Source: Octopus vulgaris (lineage: Eukaryota). Taken from it: a stretch of 64,000 nt of DNA. The notes under the pieces are model-generated. The model was given only the letters and a program-made list of their open reading frames with translations. It was not told the DNA's origin and did not search any database. Below are positions 27,466 to 39,909 of the stretch, in pieces (the first letter of the stretch is position 1; each line of letters starts with the position of its first letter). A program made the position numbers and the translations under genes. The stretch is from contig OX597830.1 in NCBI GenBank assembly GCA_951406725.2, positions 50,716,001-50,780,000 of the forward strand, in the 5' to 3' direction.

Positions 27466-28614
27466 ATCATTACATACAATAGTATACTCTAATGTATGTA
27501 TGTGTGTATTATGTATAAACATATACCTACATACATACATACATACATACATACATACATACATACATACATACATACATACATACATACATACATACAT
27601 ACATGTGCACATATATGTGCATGTCTGTCTCGGTGTGTGAGGTTGATGGAAAAACTGAAACTTGAGGTCTGTGAGACCGTTTACAGCAATCTTTTCCAAC
27701 CTTCAGTGTCACTCGATTCTTCACCGTCAGATGTTTTGTGCCAATTCTTCTAATCAGTGAAATGGACAATGATTAAAAAAAGAGGAAGAAAGATAAATTT
27801 GTTCGTAAAAATGGTGTGGGAACGGAAATATTAAGGAGTGGTGGAGAATTGCTGCAGAAAACTCTTCCCCTACGTTACAGTTGATAGTCGAAAGAGGGGA
27901 AACCTTGCCTTGTTGTAGGAGTCGAATACCATGTTACTTTATAATAAGGCTTATTGGGAATAACTGAGAAGCTATCGCCTTATATTCTTCTTGTTTGACA
28001 AAGGTGATAGTCACCAAACTGTCGATGCAACTCAACGACCAGAACCCAGGTTAGCAAGTAGGGCTTTCAAATGTAATACAGTTTGATAGGCCAGCTATTC
28101 CCTTTTACACTATTCTAGTACGAACCAATGAATATCAGCTGTCTCTTTGTGTCGCTTTTGAAAATCTCTTTGATTGTATTGAGTAGAATGCAGTCCCTGG
28201 GGATATAAAGATTTAAAATACAATATATTAAACTTCTCAGGGAGTCAAACATTTAATGTAGCACTGCTGTCAACAAACTGTCATCTCCCGTAATAGTTCT
28301 GGGCGGGGAGGATGTCAAAGAATGACGCCATCTCTCCGAAGCTCTTCAACGCACGTTCTGAAAGGGTAATTAGAGACATTGATTTGGAAAGGCGACATCA
28401 ACATCAATAACGAGCTACTAATACAGTTTTGATTCGGAGACGTTCATGCTACTCATCACAGAAACCTCAAGTCAGTTGTAGACCATGCTCACGGTGTCGG
28501 ATACCCAGAGTTCAGCTGTAGGTTTTAAAACAAACTGAATGAAAACGAAGTACAAAGGTGCGAAAGCGCAGCACAAAGCAAAAGAGTGTTAAATTTGAGA
28601 AAGAGATGGGGCAG

Positions 28615-28800
28615 TGCGCCTTCCTGGAACAAACTGTAAAAATATACTGAAATATGATCACAGACATATCCTGTAGAGTAAGAGTAGGGTGGAATGTGGT
28701 TTGCGTCGATGAAAGACATACTCAAAGTCCAGCTAAACAGGGATCTATGTGCTATTCTCATCAACAACACCATCATACCTGAGTTCTTATGCACAAGAGT
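28615..28800 (+). mobile_element. RTE LINE fragment
   Basis: SCRVRVGWN...SMKDILKVQLNRDLCAILINNTIIP. Confidence 0.5.
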
Positions 28801-29539
28801 GAAGTGGATAACCTCGAAGATACAGAGAAGGAAGAACGACTGCACACAAGTCAAAGGCTAACTGCTAGAAATACCCGTATCCATACTTATCCACACATTC
28901 ACACGCGCGTACACACGCATACACTCACACACACATGTACATTTTTACATATATTCGTACATGTATACAGACATGCGCGCATACAAATCCCCATACACAC
29001 ATATACACACATGCACGTAAACATATATGCATACATAATTCTTTTCTGTAATCACGTTAAACAAGATGAAGAAAAAAGAGCTCTCAATACTAAAAGTAGA
29101 ACCATATGTGTAACTGAAGCTGAAATTCTACAATTCCTAACTTGGAATTATCCCGAGATCTTGAGACGGTTATGGTATATAAAGCATTGAACTAAATATA
29201 TAAACTGCATGAAGAATATGTTGAGCATTGCATTGTAAGCACTAGTTGTTTAGCGAAAGATATCAAAGGAATATTACTGGTTTTGACATTGTTTGTGGTT
29301 TGTAAAATAAAGAATAAAAAAACCAATTTGTTTTGAAAATAGTATTTTTTATAGAGGGAAATACAAAACATATGCAAAACATGATTTTCTATAAAAAATA
29401 GAAAAACTATTTGTATTTGTGAAAAAATTGTTAATACTGAACAAGAGATGCTATTTGTAACGGTTTAGAAGTAGTGATCTCTGTAAATAAGAGATAAGCA
29501 ATGTTTTTTTCTGGTATTATGTTTGCAATCATATAAACG

Positions 29540-29700
29540 TTATGAAATAAGAACTTCGCAGAATATCTACAAAAAACAACCGTCTCTGCCAACGCATCTA
29601 ATGGCGTCATACAAGGAGATACTATCTCTCCAAAGCACTATGCCGCATGTCTCAAAATTGTAATCAGATACATTGATTGGAAAGGTAATATGAGCAGCAA
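29540..29700 (+). mobile_element. RTE LINE RT fragment
   Basis: NGVIQGDTISPK...IDWKG (GVRQGDxISP motif). Confidence 0.65.
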
Positions 29701-30782
29701 GAACGAACTACCAACCTTTAAACGGTGCTGCTAACGTAAACTTGAACGAAAATGATCACGTATGAAATGCATGTAAGGGTCGTCAAAACTTAAAATCGGC
29801 GATTGAATTTTTAAAATGACAGACTCTGCTTCTTTCAACTGCCAAACGTATTTCAATAATGATGCAGCTCATCTTCCATTAAAATAAATGCATGGTTATG
29901 TTGATAATATCTTATTTCCGAAGTATCTGTTGTAGACCAATATAAAATTGTGTTAGTGGTGACGTTGTCTTGGCAGTTAATACTTGGATTTGTGCAATCT
30001 GCTACGCGCTGTATTAATACATCCCGAATGTGGATGTAAAAATCTGGTATCTGTAGATTGGTGGATCTTTGTACGAATTCACGTGAGAAACAAATTCTAC
30101 TTTCGGCAGAAGATATCAAGGAATAATATTAACACACTCGCTAGTTTCAGATTATCGAGTAGGGTTAGAATTAAAGTAACAAATATATCAAAAAAGAAAG
30201 AGAAAACAAGGCTAAAGTTATAAATGTGTGGAAAGTAGGCTGTATCGTGATCGAAACTCAAATATCCAAAATTTATATGCTCTCTAAACTATGTGCATTA
30301 TCACTTGTTCAAAATCACTACTTTAGACAAGCCGTATTTTACTGCGCAGTAAGGATTCGAAAGCAGTACTTTTAGTTACTAAACAACTCGTCAGTTTGTA
30401 ATAAAATCGGTTCTCCCTTCCGTCATTCTGCGTTTCTTTTTATTCTCTATCTCTATTTCCATATTTGGTTTATAGTCGCCATGTCAATAGTTACAGAAGT
30501 GATGTACTACCTGACTAAAAGCATGCGGGGCATTGTTTCAATGAATGGCCATTATCCAATCCGCTAGGGCCATCGCAATTTTGCAGTTCTCCACCGATTC
30601 TTTAAAAACAAGATGAACGTTAAAATGTCTGGTCACCGTGTTAATGGTGTCTGTTTGTGTCATGTTTGTCAGTGAATTTATGAGAAATTATGACAGAGGT
30701 GATAGATAAAACGAAGTGTGTGTATGTATATATAAATATACACACACACCCACACAGACACAGACACACACACATATATATT

Positions 30783-30839
<57 letters not shown>

Positions 30840-31032
30840 GCATATACTAATATATATATATAATAAATGTATACATATATATATGCCTACACGCCTTCAT
30901 ACATACGTACATACAACATACGTATGTATATATATAATATATATGCATACACATACAGAATACATATATGCATACATACATATATATATATATACTAATT
31001 GAGGTTCATATATATATATATATGTATATATG

Positions 31033-31108
<76 letters not shown>

Positions 31109-31344
31109 CGTCAGTTAATGAGGATATAAATCGTCCGACAACGGGGAATCATTTACAGCAACAATTTGACAACTTGTCAAAATATATTTATTTCACGACG
31201 GCATATTTAAACCAAGAATTTAAGTTTTCAGAACACTAGTATGATAATGCCAGCTTGTACTGGCCAGTGCGAGGCTGTAAATTTGTCGATCTGTGACAGA
31301 ATAAAGTAAATTATGCACCAGTGCATAACTGGTATTTATTATCT

Positions 31345-31545
31345 TTCTTCTACATTTTACTTGTTTCAGACATTGGACTGTGGCCACGCCGGAGCACTAC
31401 CTTAAGGAGTCTAGTCGAACATATCGAGCGCAGTGCTTTTCTTAAATCTGATATTTACTCTGGCTATCTTCTTTTGCCACACCTCTAACTTCTTGTGGTA
31501 TAAACAAACCAACGCCAGTTGTCAAGACATAGGGGAGGATAAGCA
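31345..31545 (-). mobile_element. SINE family B, 3' part
   Basis: TTTTACTTGTTTCAG...TGGCCACGCCGGAGCAC. Confidence 0.65.
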
Positions 31546-31553
31546 TACACGTA

Positions 31554-31584
<31 letters not shown>

Positions 31585-31599
31585 TACACGTATCACAAT

Positions 31600-32100
31600 A
31601 TCGACCAGACCATCAAATACTGTTACACACAGCTTGTCACAATGCACTTCCAATTTTGTCTTGATTCTGCCATTTTTTCCCATCTTCGCTCAAATTGTTT
31701 AAGGAAATCGTCTTCCCATCGTCGTGGAAGCCTTCCAAGTGGCATTTTCCGATCTCTTCTATACCACTCGGGAATTGTATGGGTCAAGGTGTTGTCTGTG
31801 AACTTTATGACACGTCCAATCCAGCGGAAATTGTATTTTCGGTTATTCTGCGATCACATCCTTCATCACGCTCTGTTCTCGTATAATCTCATTTCGAATG
31901 TGATCTCGTAATGATATTCCTAGCATGGATCTCTCCAAGACCCTTCACGTCGTTGGCAATCGATGTTCTATCCTCTTCATAGTAGCCCTCGTCTCACTTG
32001 TGTATAAGAGCGCAGGTAACCACATCCCATATTGAACTAAATGCCTTCCATGCTGCCCTTATTCCTTTATATTCATCCGCATTATTTCAGTTTCTGTCAC
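31600..32100 (-). mobile_element. RTE LINE 3' end
   Basis: ERSMLGISLRDHIRNEIIR...EWY...PLGRLPRRWEDDF. Confidence 0.8.
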
Positions 32101-32565
32101 CCAAGGAATTTGTTGGTCCATGGACATAGTTGATAGGGCTTCTCTAAGGTACCTGGAGGCACGTAAATTGGATTCAAGTAGCATTATGTCTACGACCAAA
32201 ATACGACAAAATGTATTTGCGATGATTTCGTCCAAAGAAATAGAACAGTCTCTGTCTTTCCATCTTGTATAATGGCTTTATCTGTCTCTTAAATGACTTA
32301 ATGGAAACAGGTTTTCCGTGTAACATTTGTCTGCATGATCCCAGCTGAAACTTGATCACAATAAGAGGAGTAAAAGGTGTTAATATATTTAGGTTTTTCA
32401 ATGGGTACTTCATATTCGAAGAAGTTAGAATGTGATGAGATCTGACTGCTATTTCTAGCAAATTGAGTGAGTAGTAGCACGAATCGTTGTTCTTCCGTTT
32501 TCTCTTTGTATACGTACACACACGCACACACACATACACATACACTTACACACGCATACATGTAT

Positions 32566-32909
<344 letters not shown>

Positions 32910-33030
32910 AATAAATATTTTCAAGTGAAAAAATTATTTTCGGATTTTTTCTCTTATGAGGTTTTTCACGCTAACTACCTGATAATTTCTTGTTAAGATT
33001 CCTTCTTAAGATTTTATCATTAATTGTTAA

Positions 33031-33085
<55 letters not shown>

Positions 33086-33734
33086 CATATATTTATGTAT
33101 GTATGTGTGCCTACACACATACACACACACACGCATATACCCACACATATACGTACGTATGCATGTGTGTAATAGTGTGTGTAAGTATGTATGTATGCTT
33201 AATTCGACACTCGATAAACCATTTCTTCAAAAGTATCCTACCATTCATAGTACCGCTGCAATTTCAATTAAAACCATTTGTAGTTAGTAACTGGATTAAG
33301 TTTATTTCCTATTACGCAACATTGAAGCTAATTATTTTTTAAAAAATGGGAGGAGAAGATATCATTCCCAGTTAAATCGATAGAAATTATCGATGATCAG
33401 GAAAATATATTATCTTGAAATCTGCCGTTTAAATTACATATATTTTTCTTTTTCTTTCTAATATTGGCTTGGAGGAAGAAATATGTCTTGATTACAAATT
33501 GACGAAATCAATATTAGCCGATTGAGAAGTATTTAATTATCTTATTTTATCAATACTACATTTTTGGGGAGGAGCTAAATCGATAAAATGGCTATCAAAT
33601 TGGTGCACAGTGTTCCGTTGCTTAAATTTTCCGTTTTAATTTCGAATCACACCCGTTTCTAAATTGTATTGAGTTTTAAAATATGTACCTACCAAACAAT
33701 CTTTTTCTCATATAATCACGAAACCTGGAACGCT

Positions 33735-34077
33735 GTGGAGAAGAGCTTAGTCGATTACATCAACCCTAGTATTCAACTGATACATGTTCAACCTGGCAAA
33801 ATCAATCCCAACGTCATTTGAATTCAGAACAGACAGCTGAAAAAAAAAATACCTATTTCTTTACCACCCACAAGTGGCTAGACACAAAGGGGACACACAA
33901 GGTCAGACACACGGATTAAGTCGATTATACCGACCTCAGTGCGTAACTGGTACTTATTTAATCGACCCCGAAATGATGAGAGGCAAAGTCGACCTCGAAC
34001 TCAGAACGTAAAGGCAGACGAAATACGGCTACGCACTTCGCCCAGCGTGCTAACGTTTCTGCCAGCTCGCTGCCTTA
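33735..34077 (-). mobile_element. SINE family A dimer
   Basis: Same AATACCTATTTCTTT junction as 18741 and 18925. Confidence 0.85.
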
Positions 34078-34349
34078 AAAATTACCGTTAATCATTTTGT
34101 CTAAGTGCTAATGGTTCTACCGCCTAGCTGCCGTGTATCTGTCACTTAAGGACTGCTATATAATCTACTCCTATTCGTTGATAAGCATTTTCGGAAGAAC
34201 ATCTGGTACAATCTTTAGTTACAAGTATTTCTCTTTCTCTGAGTTCAACCTCCACCGAGTTCAAGTTTGAATATCTTCATTCTGAGGGATATAAATTAAT
34301 GCAGCATTCAAATATGAAGCTCCATTTAACGACCCTATAAAAATCCCAG

Positions 34350-34520
34350 ACAGGAGTGGCAGTGTGGTAAGAAGCTTGCTTCCCAACAACATGGTACCAG
34401 GTTCAGTCCCACTGCGTGGCACCTTGGGCAAGTGACTTCTTCTATAGCCTCAGGTCGACCAAGGCCTTGTGGGTGGATTTGATAGACGGAAACTGAAAGA
34501 AGCACGTCGTATATATATAT

Positions 34521-34582
<62 letters not shown>

Positions 34583-34806
34583 GTGAGTTTGTGCGTGTGC
34601 GTTTGTCTCAATTTGTCCGTCCACCGTAGCTTGACAACCGATGTTGGTGTGTTTACATCCCTGTAACCTAGCTATTCGGCAAAAGATAGCGATATTAATA
34701 AGTACTAGGCTTATAAAGAATAAATCCTGGGATCGATTTGTTCGACTAAAATCGGTACTCCAGCATGGCCGCAGTCAAGTGCCTGAAACAAATAAAAGAA
34801 TAAAGA
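34350..34806 (+). mobile_element. SINE family B, full length with internal (TA)n
   Basis: Head, ACCTTGGGCAAGTG, internal TA/TG tract, tail GCATGGCCGCAGTC...AAACAAATAAAAGAATAAAG. Confidence 0.9.
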
Positions 34807-35906
34807 AATGATATTATATTGAAGAGACTCTTCCTCCTCCTCCAAAATTAACGGGCAACTACTTAAGGGGAAATTACTACTACATACTTGTTTTTCACAC
34901 CTTTCTAAACTGTGAGTTCGAATCGAAGCAATTTTCTTTAATCTTTTCGCTGTTAATAAAGTAAACACCAGTGATGTATGATCACAGTTAATATAATCGG
35001 ACATACCCCTTTCCCACCCTGACTATTTCTATTGTTCCAAAAGTGAAAGTCGTTATCAGAGTTAAGGGCTGATGAATCACCGAAAGCTGTGAATGTACGA
35101 ATTACTCTATAGCAATTACTTGGGTTCGTCGATGTTCATAAATCATATTCCGCCAGCGTCAGTAACATCACACTCAGCTAAATACAAAGTCTATGTTTCA
35201 CTGTGACACAGATATACATCGGTTCATTAATCATCCAATCTTTGAAATCTTTCACAAACCTTCTGACCTCATTCAATTGGTACTTGAAAATGGTTTCTCT
35301 TACAGTTCACAAGAAAATCTAAAACGTCATACACCAAATAGAACATCAATATAATGAAGATATCAAGTCCTATATAAAACAAGCAGAAGAAAATACCATG
35401 ACGGGATGTGCAAGAAGCGTTTACACAAGATTTAAACTCGCGAACACCAGATGATAGATAAATATATAGTTCATTAAGTACTTTTGTTCCCTGACAATGG
35501 ATTTCATTTTAGACCTTGTGTAGAGAAAACAATTGAAATAATTACATCATAGAAAATATATTTCACACTTTTAAGAATAGATATTAGCTGTTACGTTCAT
35601 CTTACCCCTTTTCTTTGTATGTATTATTCGGTATAAATTTTGGTTGGTTGATTTCTCCAGTTACGCTTTGCATTATATATCAAGAAGGAAGAAAGTAAGA
35701 CAAAGGTGGGGAGAGATAAAGATTTAATAGAGATGCAGGATGAATACACATAGTAGACTAGGTGTCAGGCAATGAGTTGAGGAACGTTACATGCATACAC
35801 TGAGCGGGAAGGAATAATAGAGACACAGACCAGAGGAGGAGGAGTAAATAACATAGTAGTCATAGGGTGAGTTACACAAATGAGAAAATGGTTCCTTTAC
35901 TTTAAA

Positions 35907-36282
35907 TAGTCTTTTATATTTTCGTCTTTTAATCGTTTCAGGCGTTAGACTACGACGATGTTTGGGCACCGCCTTGAAGAATTTTTAGTTAAATGGAATG
36001 CTCCCAGTACTCATTTTTTTTTCTTTTTTGCTAAGCATAGCATTTATTCTGTTGCTCTCTTTTGCAGAGCCCCTAAATTACGAGGATGTAAACACACCAG
36101 CACCGGTTGTCAAGTAGTGGTGAGGGAAACACATACATGTATGTATATATGACAGGCTTCTTCTGGCTTCCTTCTACCAAATCCACTCGTAGTAGAAGAC
36201 ACTTGGACAGGCTGCCACGCAGTGGGACTGAACCTGGAACCAGGTGGTTGAGAAGCAAGCTTCTTAGCACAGAGCCACACCC
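35907..36282 (-). mobile_element. SINE family B
   Basis: Reverse-complement homology to the 34350 copy. Confidence 0.8.
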
Positions 36283-36787
36283 TTTCGAAAATATATATTC
36301 ACCTCATCATTTTGAATAAGTAACAACAAATTTGATAAAATCTAAATTATAATTACTATGTGTATGCAACATTTCCTGATGTTACCCATGTTAGTAACAA
36401 TAAGCTTTGAAAGTCACCCGTTAAGACAATACTATCTTCATAGAATTGACAATATTTTCTCTGGTAAAGACAGACAGTTCCCATGGCAATTATAACTCCC
36501 CCGTGACATTCGGGCAATGGTAGTGACATCCTACAGATTAAGATCTATAGAAGAAGGCATCATAAAAAGTGCGTATGCGTGTGTTTGTGTGTGTGTGCCT
36601 GATACAATACACCGGTTAAAACTAACCAAGCATTGAATTAAAACGGTAAAGAGGACATAGCATGTTTAAATAAATAAAAGATTATAATAAGTTCAGGAAT
36701 TGTTATGACCGATTAAGAAACCCTATGGGCTTTGTCACAATATCACTTTACTGTAAGGACTATACACACACACACACACACACACAT

Positions 36788-36850
<63 letters not shown>

Positions 36851-36852
36851 CA

Positions 36853-37066
36853 AGGCGGCGAGCTGGCAGAAACGTTTGCGCCCCGGGCGAAATGCTTAGC
36901 GGTATTTCGTCTGACATTACGTTCTGAGTTCAAATTCCGCCGAGGTAGACTTTGCCTTTCATCCTTTCGGGGTCGATAAATAAAGTACCAGTTTCGCACT
37001 GGGGTCGATGTAATCGACTTAATCCATTTGTCTGACCTTGTTTGTCCTCTCTTGTGGGTAGTAAAG

Positions 37067-37071
<5 letters not shown>
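36853..37071 (+). mobile_element. SINE family A (long, Tx1-like tail) in (TA)n
   Basis: Full head and body, ends GTGGGTAGTAAAGAAAT. Confidence 0.9.
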
Positions 37072-37117
<46 letters not shown>

Positions 37118-37155
37118 TATACACATATATACACACACGTGTATATACATACATA

Positions 37156-37193
<38 letters not shown>

Positions 37194-37322
37194 CATACAG
37201 TATATATAACAGTGGAAAGAAACTCGGGGAGAGCGTAACAGCAGGTGGTCCTCAGAGGAGAAACCCCTTTGAGGCAAGTGTTTCGGCCCTTAATTCTAAG
37301 GAGATCGGACCAGTTCCAATTC

Positions 37323-37679
37323 ATGACTCCCGGATGTTCACCTGTTGACCGTTTTAGTACGCCTTGGGAGGGATTGATTTCCCTGGTTTCTAGCACTGCA
37401 GTGTCGTGTGTTGCGACCCTGAGAAGGGCTAAGTACACGTTTCCAGCTGGGTATGCTGGTGAGTGGTCTGACGATCCATGTGTGAGGGTTCTTTTTCTTC
37501 GTGGTCCCAAAAACGCTCACACCTGGAGCGTGAGACCACTCACCAGCATACCCAGGTGGAAACGGGTACTTTGCCCTCCTCAGGGCCGCAGCACACATCA
37601 CAGCAGTGCTATAAACCAGAGAAATCAATTCCACCTAAGGCGTACTAAAACGGACAACAAGTGAACACCCGGGAGTCAT
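37323..37679. repeat. 357-bp imperfect inverted repeat (171-bp arms, 15-nt loop)
   Basis: ATGACTCCCGG...CCGGGAGTCAT; about 22 mismatches, no net indel. Confidence 0.92.
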
Positions 37680-37816
37680 ATACCTGTGCAAAATTACCTG
37701 ATACTAAACTCACCACAAACAGTATATGACCAGCTTTAGCAGTCAAATCACAGGTTAATACATATATATATATACTATTTATATTGTATATATATATGTA
37801 TAGACATATATATATA

Positions 37817-39420
37817 CACTTGCGGCCAAAACGTTCAGAACGGCATTGTTTTCGTCAGAAAAGTAGATATAATTTTTTATCAAAGTTGTTTTATATTCTA
37901 TAATTTTCACAGACAATAAATACAATATGATTTGTTGTTGCCTGAGATTTTGGTGTAATGTGAGAGGATAATACAAAAGTTATGGATGATTTAGTGATTT
38001 ACTGCAAAACCCATGGCGGCCAAAATGATCAGAACGGTTGCTTTTACTCCGTGTTTTAGTATATTTAACCGGCGAACTCTAATGTTTTGAATTTGTTTAC
38101 GTGACGGTTCGTTTACTAAACATTAGTAAGAATATTTGTAGTGTACTTTGTTAATATAATGCCACTTACTCCGTTACCAATTCGTCAGCACACTATTAAG
38201 CTTCGAAGGAAGGATAATTTAAGTATTGGATCTATTGCAAAGATTGTTAACAAGTCAAAAAGTGTGTTGTACACGGTATTCTTAAGGTCTACGATGATTG
38301 TGGTTCGTGTGAAGCAAGAAGGTTTACATGTAGGCCAAGAAAAACGACCAAGTTGGTTAAAAAAGACAGATTCAAAACTGCTGCTGCTGTTTCTCGGAAA
38401 ATGAGCATTGTATTGAAGAAAACTTTATCTCGAAAAACTGTGTCTCGTGGTTTAGTTGAACATGACCTACAAGCAAGAGCACCTGCAGTGAAGCCACTGA
38501 CCAGCTCCAAGAATAAAAAGCGTCGTCTTACCTTTGCAACCGAACATGTGTTGTGGTCTCAAGAAAAATGGCAAACGGTGCATTTCAGTGATGAATCTAA
38601 GTTTATGCTATTTGGCTCAGATGGGAAAAGGTACGTTCGTAGAAAAGTAGGTGAAAAATTGTTGCCTAAATGCCTTAAGACTAGTGTTAAATTCGGTGGA
38701 GGAAGTGTCATGGTTTGGGAAATGATATCTGGAGATGGTGTGGGCCCTTTGGTGCGATTACATGGAAAGTTATATGCAGGAGTTTATAAACAACTTGTAA
38801 AAGATCATGTCTTGCCTGTGCTGAGAAATTCAACTAAGCGAACACCCATAGTCATGCAGGACAATGCCCCATGTCACAAGGCTAAGGTGCTTATGAACTT
38901 CCTCAAGGCTGAAAAGGTTATTGTTATGGATTGGCCAGCTCAAAGCCCGGATCTCAATCCCATTGAAAATGTGTGAAATATTCTAGGAGAACGTTCGAAA
39001 GCCAGAAATCCTAAAACAACCGAGCAATTATGGAATGCCCTTCAGGAAGAATGGAATAAGATCACCCAGCAAGAAATTGAAAATTTAATTTCCTCATGCA
39101 GTCGAAGATGTCAGAGTGTGATTGAAGCTAAAGGGCTTCACACTAGATATTAAATAATTCCAGTATTCTCTGTCATTTTTGATTATTTTGTTATTTTTTC
39201 AACGGTTCTGATCATTTTTGCCGCCATGGGTTTTGCAGGAAATCACTAAATCATCCATAACGTTTGTATTATCCTCTCAAATGACAGAAAAATCTCAGAC
39301 AATAACAATTAATATTGTATTTATTGTCTGTGAAAATTATAGAATATAAAACTACTTTGACAAAAACTTATACTTACTTTTCTGACAAAAACAATGCCGT
39401 TCAGAACATTTTAGCCGCAA

Positions 39421-39423
<3 letters not shown>
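37817..39423 (+). mobile_element. Full-length Tc1 transposon, IR/DR type
   Basis: ~224-bp TIRs CACTTGCGGC.../...GCCGCAACTG, TA flanks, internal direct repeats GCGGCCAAAA..TCAGAACGG. Confidence 0.95.
38159..39153 (+). pseudogene. Tc1 DD34E transposase (frameshifted, premature stop at 38974)
   Basis: FSDESKF, VKFGGGSVMVW, QDNAPCH-34aa-E (SPDLNPIEN), C-terminal GLHTRY*. Confidence 0.93.
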
Positions 39424-39477
<54 letters not shown>

Positions 39478-39479
39478 CA

Positions 39480-39909
39480 CACAATTAGCAGTATATCTCA
39501 TTATGTTTGTTTGTCCGTCACCCAAAGAAAAGCATCTTATTTTGTTATTTGAAGGCTAAACAGAATGGAACCCATTCTACGTAATATAAAGTTAGTAACA
39601 CACCTCTGCCACCGTTGTTAATCCCAGCTAACGTTGGACCTATATTTAATTCATTTTTGATGTTGGTAAAATACATTTTACTGCAAATAACATAACCAAA
39701 AAATTCTTCAATTTTAATGTAATTATAATTCCATAAATATTTTTATTTTAAAAAATTAGTATTCATTTCATCAGTTTTCGTTCGCCATGAAATTTGAAAA
39801 TAGTAAAAATTAAAATTAATATACCTGTGCAATATTACATAAAACTAAACACACCGCAAACGGTATATGTCCAACTTTTGCAGTCATATGACAGGTTTAA
39901 ACTTTAGTA
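39480..39909 (+). mobile_element. Possible non-autonomous Helitron-like element
   Basis: ATGTTTGTTTGTCCGTC near 5' end; ACCTGT...ACAGGT inverted motif then TTTAGT; 3' ~80 bp homologous to 37680-37762. Confidence 0.4.

Noticed and set aside
29853-30119. ORF with RSTNLQIPDFY, faintly like mariner SPDLxPxDF
   Set aside because: Too diverged to support and no TIRs seen
35069-35095. CTGATGA...GAAA hammerhead core
   Set aside because: No stem II or stem I pairing; likely chance
37019-37664. Overlapping opposite-strand ORFs with similar peptides
   Set aside because: Consequence of the inverted repeat
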